64,000 nucleotides of DNA from a virus (IMGVR_UViG_3300008952_003220:70714-134713), one strand, 5' to 3'; counted from the stretch's first letter, positions 9,487-19,003 are shown. Notes: a model not told the origin generated them from the sequence alone. Program-made: numbers and translations.

Positions 9487-11181
9487 ATGGAAACAGCTAG
9501 TGAGAAAAAAGTGAGCAATATATCAGACCTTAGCCTCTTAATTAGAATGATGTTGCAAGAGCAGACAGAGAGAATACCCACTTCTAGAAGACAGGAGCGC
9601 ACTGGGATCCCTGCTAAGCCCATTAGAACATACATACAATTTGTCAACCAGATAGTTAGAGGTAGTACTAAAAGACCGGTCGTGGTTTACGCATATAATG
9701 ATAGAACTATGGCAGCCTTTTCAGATGACATTCAAAGAATTGCACAGTGGTCTGAAAGATTTGAACAACGAGGTATTGAGTTCTTTAAGATTAACACAGA
9801 TTCAAGAAATCCAAGTGTAAGAAGGGCGTATGAAGACTATATCAATGAAACAGAGGTCAGGTATCAGCTACCAAAGATTCAAGTCTGGAGAGCCGGTCAG
9901 CCAGTTTTTATTGACTCTGGAAACATTTCAACATCTGCTACCCTAGAAGCCCTGCGCAGTCTAGTATACAATCAAGGAGATCCTCATCCTGATATCGACA
10001 ATGTTGTATTTTCAAGATACGGTGATGACGGTGAACAGAGATGGAAGGCTGCTGAGGGATATATGTTTGATCCCAATGCCGACGACCTTAGTGTTATTCA
10101 GAAACCAGACCCTCAGAGACAAGTGAATGTTGAGGCTGATTTAGACTCTGATCTATCTACGAGCCCTGCCTCTGATCTATCTACGAGCCCTGGGACCCCT
10201 GAGGCCCCAGCCGTTACAAATATCTCATTCTCATATGATGATGGTAAAGCTGTTGTCAGTGTGATCACGAATGCTGCGGTCACTGAAGACAAGATCAGTT
10301 TTTACAGGCTAGAAAGACAATTAATTATTGATCTGGAAGGCACCACCCTCCCCGCAGACATAGCTCAGCTGGCAGGTGACGGTGAGCTGATCGATCGGAT
10401 TGAGGCCGTGGATTTTGCAGATGGTGGGATATTTACTCGCGTGAGAATTTATTCTGGACGTGCAGAACCTATTCTACCTCCCCCAGAGGTCGCGGACGGG
10501 ATAATCAGAGTCTCTGTTGATCCCATACTTTCTGATCGATGCATGACCGATCCACCTGAAGAGCAGTATTTTCAAACCGAGTATGAGGGTACCGAGGTAG
10601 TGCTTAGCTGGTCTCCCTCTGCTGGGTCTGCAAGCGGATGTGAAACAGCTGTGCGCTCCGATGGGTCAATAGCACACGCTAGGTATTTTTATTTTACAGA
10701 AACCAATCGTTTTGGCTACCGCGCACCAGGAGACACGGATATGATTATGCTTAGCTCGCGTGCTAGCCTGGAGTCCATAATGGACAATACAGTTCCCCGG
10801 GGCTATGCAGTACCCTGGGCAGATGACAGGGAAGAGATCTTGGGCTCAGCAAGGGCTTCTGCTAGCAGCGGTAGCGAGTCAGATCACTCACCAGATGTCA
10901 TACGAATTGTAGCTGGCTATGATTATGAAACACTTAGCTCACCATCCCTTAGCTACGGAAGAGATAGCGGAGGCAAGTATATCAGACTTCCTAATGTTTC
11001 TGCTGGGAGTGACAGACAGGATGCACGGATGAGTACCGCCCTAGATGCGAACGGAGTGACCGACGCTCTCCACGATGCTGGTCACACAGACTACGCAGGA
11101 GAGCCTCATCCCCGGCTGGAACAAGGAGCCGCCGCGTATCCGAGAGCAAACCACATAAGAGTCTACAAGATAGAAGAATAA
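9487..11181 (+). CDS. Multidomain protein: leader-like helix, Cys-less thioredoxin-like fold, AMIN-like domain
   Basis: KRPVVVYAY...IEFFKINTD...LPKIQVWRAGQPV; RQLIIDLEGTTL...IDRIEA...TRVRI. Confidence 0.55.
   Translation: METASEKKVSNISDLSLLIRMMLQEQTERIPTSRRQERTGIPAKPIRTYIQFVNQIVRGSTKRPVVVYAYNDRTMAAFSDDIQRIAQWSERFEQRGIEFFKINTDSRNPSVRRAYEDYINETEVRYQLPKIQVWRAGQPVFIDSGNISTSATLEALRSLVYNQGDPHPDIDNVVFSRYGDDGEQRWKAAEGYMFDPNADDLSVIQKPDPQRQVNVEADLDSDLSTSPASDLSTSPGTPEAPAVTNISFSYDDGKAVVSVITNAAVTEDKISFYRLERQLIIDLEGTTLPADIAQLAGDGELIDRIEAVDFADGGIFTRVRIYSGRAEPILPPPEVADGIIRVSVDPILSDRCMTDPPEEQYFQTEYEGTEVVLSWSPSAGSASGCETAVRSDGSIAHARYFYFTETNRFGYRAPGDTDMIMLSSRASLESIMDNTVPRGYAVPWADDREEILGSARASASSGSESDHSPDVIRIVAGYDYETLSSPSLSYGRDSGGKYIRLPNVSAGSDRQDARMSTALDANGVTDALHDAGHTDYAGEPHPRLEQGAAAYPRANHIRVYKIEE
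10146..10193 (+). repeat. 24-nt tandem duplication (SDLSTSP x2)
   Basis: CTCTGATCTATCTACGAGCCCTG twice. Confidence 0.85.
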
Positions 11182-11184
11182 ATC

Positions 11185-11214
11185 GTGTAAACCTAAGACT
11201 GGCTGTGGTATAAT
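11185..11214 (+). promoter_or_regulatory. GTGTAA-N18-TATAAT promoter with TG extension
   Basis: CGTGTAA...TGTGGTATAAT. Confidence 0.7.
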
Positions 11215-11232
11215 AACCAGGTAATTAAGAGG

Positions 11233-11577
11233 ATGCACATGTCAAACAGCACAACTGTTAGATTCGGTGATCAAACTGCTTCTTTGCAAGATGTCACCTT
11301 TTACGTCTTTGATGAGAGCTCTAATCGAGCGCTAGAGTATTTTAGAACTCTTGAGTATCCTGAGGAGCTTGACGTTGCAGTTGACTGCGGTCATGCCTCT
11401 CGTGTCGCAGCTGAGGATGCCATTGAGGCATACACAGTCTTGCGTCGATCGCTGTTTATGATCGACTCAATGCTTCAGGCAGGTTACATCGAAGATGTTA
11501 GACTTCTAATCTCTGACACCTTGTCAGATGTTAAGATGAGAGAGCAGGAAAAAAGAGATACGCTAATCATTGATTAG
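11233..11577 (+). CDS. Hypothetical protein
   Basis: 114-aa ORF after promoter and GAGG RBS. Confidence 0.65.
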   Translation: MHMSNSTTVRFGDQTASLQDVTFYVFDESSNRALEYFRTLEYPEELDVAVDCGHASRVAAEDAIEAYTVLRRSLFMIDSMLQAGYIEDVRLLISDTLSDVKMREQEKRDTLIID

Positions 11578-11588
11578 GATATAGTTAT

Positions 11589-11665
11589 GCGCCCTTAGCT
11601 CAGCTGGATAGAGCATCGGTCTTCTAAACCGAGGGTCGCAGGTTCGAGTCCTGCAGGGCGTACCA
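11589..11665 (+). tRNA. tRNA-Arg(TCT)
   Basis: TCGGT-CTTCTAA-ACCGA arm, full cloverleaf, CCA. Confidence 0.96.
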
Positions 11666-11670
11666 TATAT

Positions 11671-11747
11671 TCCCCCTTAGCTCAGCTGGTTAGAGCACCG
11701 GACTGTTAATCCGGGTGTCGTTGGTTCAAGTCCAACAGGGGGAGCCA
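11671..11747 (+). tRNA. tRNA-Asn(GTT)
   Basis: CCGGA-CTGTTAA-TCCGG arm, G discriminator, CCA. Confidence 0.96.
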
Positions 11748-11765
11748 AAAATTAAGGAAACAATT

Positions 11766-11990
11766 ATGAGACTTTTTACTATGCTTGTCACAACACTTTT
11801 TTGTCTAGGTGTTGTTGACCTCATTGAAAATGGAATGGCAAGTGTGGAATTCAGAACAGATGGGGATGAGACCTATCACGCTGATATTCCTGTTGAACTT
11901 TTTCCATGTGAGATCAAAGAGGGAACTCCTTTCTATGCAGAGATCATCAATGGAGTGACTGAGATTCGTTGCGGAGAACCGCCGGAGTAG
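11766..11990 (+). CDS. Hypothetical protein (start moved to MRLFTM)
   Basis: AAGGA RBS; the longer tracked ORF overlaps tRNA-Asn. Confidence 0.6.
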   Translation: MRLFTMLVTTLFCLGVVDLIENGMASVEFRTDGDETYHADIPVELFPCEIKEGTPFYAEIINGVTEIRCGEPPE

Positions 11991-12002
11991 TATGATTAAT
12001 GT

Positions 12003-12078
12003 GCCACCGTAGCTCAGTTGGTAGAGCAGCTGATTTGTAATCAGCCGGTCGGAGGTTCGAGTCCTCTCGGTGGCTCCA
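12003..12078 (+). tRNA. tRNA-Thr(TGT)
   Basis: GCTGA-TTTGTAA-TCAGC arm, CCA. Confidence 0.96.
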
Positions 12079-12089
12079 TTGAGACTTAA

Positions 12090-12824
12090 ATGCTAATTTG
12101 CCCACAAAGAAAGTTTATCTTTTTTAAGCCCCTAAAGTGTGCAGGGACATCAGTCGAGCATGCCCTGTATGCTGCCACAGGTCCAGATGCATTGTGCACA
12201 GGTAGCTCCTCTGGTAGCGGTGAGATTGAGTATGGCTCAAGAAATAATGAGCTCTTAGTTAACGGTCAACAGGCTATGCGATTTGTACAGCACACACCGC
12301 CGGGCCTTTTTTATTCTAGAGTCGCCGACCCTGACTGGTATTATGACTATGCTAACATTACAATTGTAAGAAATCCATGGGATGCCCTGGTTTCTTTTTA
12401 CTGGTGGTGTGTGAGAAGAGCGGGCACAGCAGAGGAGTGGATAATAAAACCAGATGATTCGCCAGGTGATATGGTAAAAAAGTTTGAGACTGTAATGACA
12501 ATGCCTGCGATATATTCGAATGATCTAATTGCTCATGAAATCGGGCTGGGTGCTTCTGTCTCTTCAGCTTTTATCTTTTTTCATACACTGAATAATCTAT
12601 TTATTGATGACAGGATTGACTGTTACTTACATTTTGAAAGCTTAGAAAGAGACTTTAGTGATCTGTGCGCAGAGCTTCAAATTAATGATGCGAAATTGCA
12701 CAAGCACAAGACCAGTCAGAGAAAGATGAAGTCTGATTATAGAAAGTATTACAATTCCTGGATGAGAAATATAGTTGCAGAAAAATTTTCCAGCTATATC
12801 AAAAAGTTCAACTATAGCTTTTAA
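12090..12824 (+). CDS. Sulfotransferase family 2 protein
   Basis: FIFFKPLKCAGTSVE, IVRNPWDALVSFY, FESLERDF, YRKYY. Confidence 0.82.
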   Translation: MLICPQRKFIFFKPLKCAGTSVEHALYAATGPDALCTGSSSGSGEIEYGSRNNELLVNGQQAMRFVQHTPPGLFYSRVADPDWYYDYANITIVRNPWDALVSFYWWCVRRAGTAEEWIIKPDDSPGDMVKKFETVMTMPAIYSNDLIAHEIGLGASVSSAFIFFHTLNNLFIDDRIDCYLHFESLERDFSDLCAELQINDAKLHKHKTSQRKMKSDYRKYYNSWMRNIVAEKFSSYIKKFNYSF

Positions 12825-12868
12825 ATGTTCAAATGTCTTGAGATTCTATACTTATCATTGTACGAGGT

Positions 12869-13291
12869 TTGATGATGGCAGCAAAGACTGGAATAAGAGG
12901 AGAGCAGATAAAGGATGACTCTGTCACAGGTAGTGATATTGACGAAAGCACTCTTCGATATCCCGTAACATCCCTGTGGTCAGGAAATGATCCAGGAACA
13001 ACATATACTGTAGCAGATGGAGATTATGTTATTTTGGTTAGCACGCGCCCCACAGCACAGGGTGGGATAGATAGCGCCATTACAATAACGATGCCAAGTG
13101 CGTCAACTGCAGGAAGAGTTGTTATAATAAAAGATGCAGGTGGGTATTCACAAACAAACGCGATTACAATTCAAAGAGACGGCTCTGATAACTTTGAAGG
13201 GAATCCGTCAACAACTTCAATACAGCACTCTAGTGATGCTGAATCAATAACATTGATATCAAATGGTAATAGTAGCTGGTATAAGATTTAA
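12869..13291 (+). CDS. Putative virion fibre/baseplate-associated beta-rich protein
   Basis: ITITMPSASTAGRVVIIKDAGG...ITIQRDGSD...LISNGNSSW; ATACTTAT upstream. Confidence 0.5.
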   Translation: MMMAAKTGIRGEQIKDDSVTGSDIDESTLRYPVTSLWSGNDPGTTYTVADGDYVILVSTRPTAQGGIDSAITITMPSASTAGRVVIIKDAGGYSQTNAITIQRDGSDNFEGNPSTTSIQHSSDAESITLISNGNSSWYKI

Positions 13292-13324
13292 GAATTACCG
13301 CACTGGTGTACATTTTCAATTAGT

Positions 13325-13720
13325 GTGATATCATTGTTTAATGCTGGAGGGGCCCTATGCCAGGTGTACTATAAAGCCGAAATACTTGCACTTCAAAACG
13401 GTCGCGACTATCATGTTGCTGCAATTCTGCGTCGTGGAAAGAGAGTTGTCAAGATCGGTGAGAACACTGACAAGACACATCCTCGGTTTAAGCGACAGTA
13501 CTCTGATGGGTCATGGGCATCTCACATGCATGCAGAAATGAATGTTCTTAGATTTGCACTACCTGGAGATGAGATCGAAGTTCTTCGATTTAGAAAGTGT
13601 GATCATGTTAGAACAATGGCAAGACCTTGCAGTCTTTGTATTGACCAAATGAGAAAAGCAGGAATTAAACGTGTCAGGTTTACTAACTGGAAAGGTGAGT
13701 GGGAAATAATTGACCTCTAG
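13325..13720 (+). CDS. Zn-dependent cytidine/dCMP deaminase-like protein
   Basis: HMHAEMN...MARPCSLC; true start may be GTG at 13364. Confidence 0.8.
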   Translation: MISLFNAGGALCQVYYKAEILALQNGRDYHVAAILRRGKRVVKIGENTDKTHPRFKRQYSDGSWASHMHAEMNVLRFALPGDEIEVLRFRKCDHVRTMARPCSLCIDQMRKAGIKRVRFTNWKGEWEIIDL

Positions 13721-14009
13721 TGATAAAGATGATTTTAAATTTAAAGCAGGAGATCTTGTCTGGATTACAGAGCCAGATGACAATCTAGAGGCAGGTGTTG
13801 TTATCAATGGCTACGTGATCTCTGAATATCCCTTTGACGGATACGGTAGAAGTCATGATATGATAAAGTACAGGGTCATGTCTGCAAAGGGTGTTCTTTC
13901 TGTTTACGAGGATAGCTTATGTAGCCTATCAGATATAAGAGATGGTAAAAGAAAAGGAAATAGTTGTAGAAATGGACGAAGCTCGTATCTCTATTTTGAA
14001 ATCACTTAG
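13710..14009 (+). CDS. Small KOW/SH3-like protein
   Basis: FKAGDLVWI...AGVVI. Confidence 0.5.
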   Translation: MTSSDKDDFKFKAGDLVWITEPDDNLEAGVVINGYVISEYPFDGYGRSHDMIKYRVMSAKGVLSVYEDSLCSLSDIRDGKRKGNSCRNGRSSYLYFEIT

Positions 14010-14235
14010 CGCATCTGTTGAGATTATCAAGAGAGAGTGCGATGAGATTTTATCTAAAATAGAGAAAGAGGGAATCAGTGCAAATTACTCTGTAAACTCT
14101 TCGCTTAAGTCAAATTGTGCAAAGGCAACTAGGCATTGTATGGAGCTGTATTATTTAAAAAGGTGGAGAAACAAAATTGAAAAAAACAAGAAAAAGCAAA
14201 AAAGGAAAGAGAAAAAAGATGCAGTGGGAAGTTAG
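13942..14235 (+). CDS. Hypothetical protein
   Basis: 97-aa ORF. Confidence 0.5.
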   Translation: MVKEKEIVVEMDEARISILKSLSASVEIIKRECDEILSKIEKEGISANYSVNSSLKSNCAKATRHCMELYYLKRWRNKIEKNKKKQKRKEKKDAVGS

Positions 14236-14398
14236 AGAATTTAAGGGGGAAAGGATGCCGTGGCGAGTCTGTCTTGTTGGGACAAAGGAAGATGTGATCT
14301 ACGGAGCTTCTTTTAACAAGAATATTGCACAAATTACAGCTAAAAGATTAAATAATTCTGAGAATGCTGTAGATTTAGATGAAGATAGTGGAGATTAG

Positions 14399-14596
14399 AT
14401 GTTTAAGGTTGGTGATCGTGTTGCACCTTTTGACAACATGACAATGAAAGGGACAGTCGTAGACATGAAAAAGCAAGGAAGTGATCAGTGGATGGTCGGA
14501 GGTGCGATGCAGCACATATTTATAATCAAGGTAGTCCTAGATGATGATCAAGGAGAGGTTGAGTTTAGGGCTGATAGATTAAGGCGGCTTGAATAA
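14399..14596 (+). CDS. Small KOW/SH3-like protein
   Basis: MFKVGDRVAP...GTVVDM. Confidence 0.6.
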   Translation: MFKVGDRVAPFDNMTMKGTVVDMKKQGSDQWMVGGAMQHIFIIKVVLDDDQGEVEFRADRLRRLE

Positions 14597-14599
14597 GAG

Positions 14600-14863
14600 A
14601 TGGCGAAGCAGATTGGAACTACAATACCTGATATAAAAAATGAGACAATTAAATCTTTTGACAGGCAAGAAGACGGAACATATAGAATGACAACTAAGCT
14701 AGTCACAAGGAACAGGGGAACTGGAAAGATTCAAACTGTATCTGAAGAAACTCTGGATGACGTCTATAAAATTACAAGGGAATCAGATTTTGACGAGGAG
14801 CTTGAATTTTTAGATCCTGATGGGAAAGCTTCTAGCATTAGATTTAAAAAAATTCTTTCATAA
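14600..14863 (+). CDS. Hypothetical protein
   Basis: 87-aa ORF. Confidence 0.55.
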   Translation: MAKQIGTTIPDIKNETIKSFDRQEDGTYRMTTKLVTRNRGTGKIQTVSEETLDDVYKITRESDFDEELEFLDPDGKASSIRFKKILS

Positions 14864-14888
14864 AAATAATAAATCATAGTTCAGATTG

Positions 14889-14919
14889 AAAAAAGAGACC
14901 TTAGGTCTCTTTTTTTTTT
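14889..14919. terminator. Intrinsic terminator
   Basis: AAAAAAGAGACC-TTA-GGTCTC followed by a T run. Confidence 0.7.
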
Positions 14920-15105
14920 ATGTTTTCATAATTATATCCGACATGGATATCATAAAAAAGATCTTTCCAGTCGTTTGGCTGGTTTTTATTTTTATTAATA
15001 TTGGGTTGTGCTGTTTCTGGTTTCTATGGGGAGATACAGGAATGATTCTATGGCATTTGCTTATGGGATTTCTATGTCACATTGGATATATTAGATCAAA
15101 TTCAA

Positions 15106-15759
15106 ATGAAAATTAGTAAATCTATTCTTATACTGTTTATCTTTCTATTTCATCTTCCAGCAGGGGTGACATCAAAAGAAGCCCTGTCTGATACTTCTGT
15201 GTCTGAGCTTAGTGGTGAAGAAGACCTAGAGTCAGTCTCAAGAAGGGGACAGGTCATCGGCTATTGGTCACGACCGCCAAGTGTAAGAATCTGCGATGGT
15301 GCTCCTGTTACTATGACACGAGTTAATCAGGCAGTTGAATTTTGGCGACGGCTAGGGTATGAATTTGGTTCAATCGTAAGAGATAGCTCTGCTGACTGTT
15401 CTTTTACAAGAATTGAAGGAAGCATAATGATAGGCCTTCCAGATCAAAACTTTGTTGAACCTAACCTTGCTATGACAAGGACTCTAACATCTGATGTAAC
15501 TAAAGAGATTGTAATGGCTAAAATATCAATAAAGTCTGAATCTGCCACGACTGAGAGAGTTCTCGAGCATGAATTCGGTCATGCTCTAGGCTGGCGACAT
15601 TTTAATAGAAGATATCATATAATGAACGGAGAGCTTCAGCGAGGAGGCTGGACAGTAACAGGCTTAAGAAGGTCGGAGCTTATTGAAAAGCTACAGGAAT
15701 CGTTTCCAGATGAAACGTCTGGTTTGATAAATTTAACAGTTGAAGTTTGTGAAGAATGA
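15106..15759 (+). CDS. Secreted matrixin-like zinc metalloprotease
   Basis: Signal peptide; HEFGHALGWRH and HIMN Met-turn. Confidence 0.8.
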   Translation: MKISKSILILFIFLFHLPAGVTSKEALSDTSVSELSGEEDLESVSRRGQVIGYWSRPPSVRICDGAPVTMTRVNQAVEFWRRLGYEFGSIVRDSSADCSFTRIEGSIMIGLPDQNFVEPNLAMTRTLTSDVTKEIVMAKISIKSESATTERVLEHEFGHALGWRHFNRRYHIMNGELQRGGWTVTGLRRSELIEKLQESFPDETSGLINLTVEVCEE

Positions 15760-15781
15760 CTGCAGGGATGATAGTTAATAG

Positions 15782-16036
15782 ATGCAGGTGGGAAAAATGA
15801 CAATAACAAAAACTCAAGCATTAAAAAAAATTATCAAAGAAGAGCTTAAAGACATTCTGTCAAATGACTCAGCGGCTGATGTTAAGGCAGTTGAAGATGC
15901 ATTTGCTGGGGGAGACAATCTATCAAGTCCAGTTGATCATCTCAAGGCTCAAGGGATCAAAGAGACTAGAGTTAAAAGTGCTCGTGCCTTGAGAAAAATA
16001 ATAGCCCAAGAGCTTAATAGACTAAATCGAATTTAG
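15782..16036 (+). CDS. Leader-family protein
   Basis: ITKTQALKKIIKEEL and C-terminal ALRKIIAQEL; ATAGTTAA upstream. Confidence 0.65.
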   Translation: MQVGKMTITKTQALKKIIKEELKDILSNDSAADVKAVEDAFAGGDNLSSPVDHLKAQGIKETRVKSARALRKIIAQELNRLNRI

Positions 16037-16368
16037 ATTTGATCTAAGTTTTGAGCGAATATTTGCCTAACTTTTCCTCTAAAGAATATTTCATAAACAT
16101 CGTAGGCAAACCATTCTGGATCTCTGATTATCTTGTTTGGCCTCCCAACATATCTTAGAATAAGAACTATATCGTCATGCATTATGATTGAACTTTTTCC
16201 TGTAAAGTCATCTAAAGACGGATAGGAATCTAGGTTAATTTTAGAAAATACTGAAAATCCGTCTGCATCGCTGGGATAGATCAGTGCAAATCCGTCTTTT
16301 GTACAGGTGAGATTTTCAACTTTAACAATGGCTAGATCAGATGATTTAAAGAATTTTTTCTTTTTCAT
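16033..16368 (-). CDS. Hypothetical protein
   Basis: 111-aa ORF filling a gap on the minus strand. Confidence 0.6.
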   Translation of the reverse strand: MKKKKFFKSSDLAIVKVENLTCTKDGFALIYPSDADGFSVFSKINLDSYPSLDDFTGKSSIIMHDDIVLILRYVGRPNKIIRDPEWFAYDVYEIFFRGKVRQIFAQNLDQI

Positions 16369-16423
16369 ATCGATATGTCTATAAGATTGCCAAACTGACT
16401 TTAGCGATAATAATTAGTATTGT

Positions 16424-16705
16424 GTGAGAAAATCAATGCTTATTTCTGAAATACAACTTAGACATCTGATCCGAGAATCTTTAACAAAAACAGATAAGGA
16501 TGAGATAGCGAGAATTGCTAGAAGAGAAATGAGAGATCTTTTCAAGGATGAGTATATGAAAAAGATGGAGAAAGAGATTGAGTCTGTCTTGAAGTCAAAG
16601 AACTATGAAAAGGACATCGTTGATCTTGTTAAAAAGGTAATGATCAAGGTTTACAAGGAGCTATCTTTTAACCAGCCGCACATAATTAGACAAGTCCGGG
16701 TCTAA
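16424..16705 (+). CDS. Leader-family protein
   Basis: MLISEIQLRHLIRESL. Confidence 0.65.
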   Translation: MRKSMLISEIQLRHLIRESLTKTDKDEIARIARREMRDLFKDEYMKKMEKEIESVLKSKNYEKDIVDLVKKVMIKVYKELSFNQPHIIRQVRV

Positions 16706-16710
16706 GAAAT

Positions 16711-17007
16711 GTGAGTCCAGTTGATAAATACGGAATAAGCGTAGGTGACCTGGTAAGGTTTTGCATTGACTCAAAGACCCTACCACCCAAGATCATACCA
16801 AAAGAAAACCCTATAGGCATTGTTCTTGACATCTTTCGTATAAAAATTGGATCTGATCCAAAGACTCAAAGCTTCTTGGATCTAGCAAGGGTAAGATGGA
16901 ACTGCCCAAAATGGAATTCTAAAAAAGGATCATCTGAGGAGCACCCCGGAGACCTAGTTCTAGTTCAGTCCTTAGAGAGTATATCTAAAGACTGTGATAC
17001 ATATTAA
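16711..17007 (+). CDS. KOW/SH3-like protein
   Basis: ISVGDLVRF...IGIVLDI...RVRW. Confidence 0.55.
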   Translation: MSPVDKYGISVGDLVRFCIDSKTLPPKIIPKENPIGIVLDIFRIKIGSDPKTQSFLDLARVRWNCPKWNSKKGSSEEHPGDLVLVQSLESISKDCDTY

Positions 17008-17238
17008 CATGGGGGTTCGATATGCGTGATTCAAAGAGAAGAAGAAGGGTATATCATGAAAAGAAAAAAATCCGAGACGCTATAAAGATTTCGAATGATG
17101 TTTCACGTAAAGCTAGAGAAATTTCAATCTATAGTCTGATTCTTGGATTTATAAATATTTGTTTCATCATGTACTTGATGGTCAACAGCTTGTAAACTGG
17201 ATTTCTTTTGAGTTATAAATTAAAGGGGTAAAGATAAA

Positions 17239-17568
17239 ATGAGTAAAAGAAGTGAAGATGAAAAATCTAAGAGCAATAGTGCACCAGCTAAAAGAGTTAC
17301 ACTAAAACAGCTTCAGTCTAAGTTAGTCGAATTACAAATTCAGTCAGAGACTCAGAGCAGGACACTTAAGCATAAAGTAGATGTTCTCATTGATAAGATT
17401 AATCTTATCAATATTAGCCTTTCTGCAATTAGACCAAAAAAGAAAGTCTCTTTGGTTGATAGATTCTCTATATTTTCTTCAAGATATAATCTTAGACTTC
17501 TGGTATCTGCATCATTGTGTCTTAGCATGGCTGCTTTCGGTATTTTTTGGCTGTTTAACAGCATGTAA
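17239..17568 (+). CDS. Coiled-coil protein with C-terminal TM helix
   Basis: Heptad segment; LLVSASLCLSMAAFGIFWLF. Confidence 0.55.
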   Translation: MSKRSEDEKSKSNSAPAKRVTLKQLQSKLVELQIQSETQSRTLKHKVDVLIDKINLINISLSAIRPKKKVSLVDRFSIFSSRYNLRLLVSASLCLSMAAFGIFWLFNSM

Positions 17569-17616
17569 GCGTGTAACTTTGATGCCCTTGTTATACAATT
17601 AAAGGGTGGAGAAGAA

Positions 17617-17868
17617 ATGAAAATTCCCAAGAGGTATAAGAAACAAGCAAAGCAGCAGATTAAAAGCTCTGCTCGATCATCTGAGATTAAAAAACCTAAA
17701 ATGGTCTGGTCTGTGAAGAAGGGTGATCTTGTTTCTGTTAATGATTCTAGTTACGGCATTGTTGTCGAGATTAATAGGAATCACTTCTTGGTTCTTTCTT
17801 CATCTGGGACAAGCTGGCACCACGGTAAAAGGGTTCTAAAGGTCCAAACTTTTTCCACTTTCCCATAA
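17617..17868 (+). CDS. KOW/SH3-like protein
   Basis: VKKGDLVSV...YGIVVEI; promoter at 17571-17599. Confidence 0.55.
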   Translation: MKIPKRYKKQAKQQIKSSARSSEIKKPKMVWSVKKGDLVSVNDSSYGIVVEINRNHFLVLSSSGTSWHHGKRVLKVQTFSTFP

Positions 17869-17871
17869 TAC

Positions 17872-17900
17872 GTGCAAGTATGATACTGTTTTGGTATAAT
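17872..17900 (+). promoter_or_regulatory. GTGCAA-N17-TATAAT promoter
   Basis: Consensus match followed by AAGGAG RBS. Confidence 0.7.
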
Positions 17901-17926
17901 GATAATGTTCCACATTAAAGGAGAAT

Positions 17927-19003
17927 ATGATGGACATCAAAACCTTTGTTAGCGTTGTTTCTAAGCTACCGCCAGACGTCGCTGTTCTAGTTCGAGGACC
18001 AACTGGTGTTGGAAAGTCACAGATCTTTAGGCAGGTCGCTGATCAAGTTCTTCTTGCTGACGGTAGCGAAGGTCTTGAGGTCATTGATAGGCGCTTGGCC
18101 CAGATGACTGAGGGAGATATTATCGGTCTTCCAGAGCTTGTTGACGGTGTTACACGTTTCGCTCCAGTTGATTGGCTTCTCAGAGCGTGTCGTGAGCCCG
18201 TTGTCCTTTTCCTTGATGAGCTTAATCGGGCAACGATGGAGGTTCAGCAATGTGCATTCCAGCTTGTTCTTGACAGAGAGCTCAACGGTCATCATCTTCA
18301 TCCAGAGACGAGGATTTATGCTGCTGTTAATGCTGGATCTGAGTATCAGGTTAATGAGATGGGTCCTGCACTTCAGCGTAGATTTTGGACAGTTGATCTA
18401 GAGCCTACAAAAGAAGACTGGATCCAGTGGGCTACAGGAGATAGAAATATGGACTCTGTAGTTGTTGATTTTATTAGAAATCATGGTGCTCATCTTCGTC
18501 ATACTGGTCAGATTGATCCAGGAAAGGTTTATCCGAATCCAGCTAGCTGGGATCGACTTGAGAGAAGCATGGTTCATGCTGGAATGTCACCCACGTCTAT
18601 CGCAGGAAAGACAACTCCGAGCGGATTCTATGCTCTCTGTCTTGGGTTTGTTGGAGTCGAAGCAGCAATTTCATTCCAGTCGTTCGTACGAGATTACGAG
18701 ATGCAGGTCAGTGCTGAGGATATCTTGAATACCTATGATGATTTTGCAGACGATATCAAGAAGCTTACTACAGATAAGCACAACTCTCTAATTGAGAAGC
18801 TTATTGATCATTGCAAGGATAATGACTGGAATCCGATTCAAGCTAAGAATGCATCTGACTTCGTTAAGACGTTGCCTGGTGAGATGGTGGTGTCTTTCTT
18901 TAATTCAGTAATGGAGACCAATCACGTACCCAACATCAAGTCAGTCCATAAGTTCATTGGGAAGCTCGTAGTTGACATTGTCACTCTGTCACAAAAGGTC
19001 TAG
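17927..19003 (+). CDS. MoxR-type AAA+ ATPase
   Basis: Walker A GPTGVGKS, Walker B LFLDELNRA, AAVN, PALQRRF. Confidence 0.88.
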   Translation: MMDIKTFVSVVSKLPPDVAVLVRGPTGVGKSQIFRQVADQVLLADGSEGLEVIDRRLAQMTEGDIIGLPELVDGVTRFAPVDWLLRACREPVVLFLDELNRATMEVQQCAFQLVLDRELNGHHLHPETRIYAAVNAGSEYQVNEMGPALQRRFWTVDLEPTKEDWIQWATGDRNMDSVVVDFIRNHGAHLRHTGQIDPGKVYPNPASWDRLERSMVHAGMSPTSIAGKTTPSGFYALCLGFVGVEAAISFQSFVRDYEMQVSAEDILNTYDDFADDIKKLTTDKHNSLIEKLIDHCKDNDWNPIQAKNASDFVKTLPGEMVVSFFNSVMETNHVPNIKSVHKFIGKLVVDIVTLSQKV

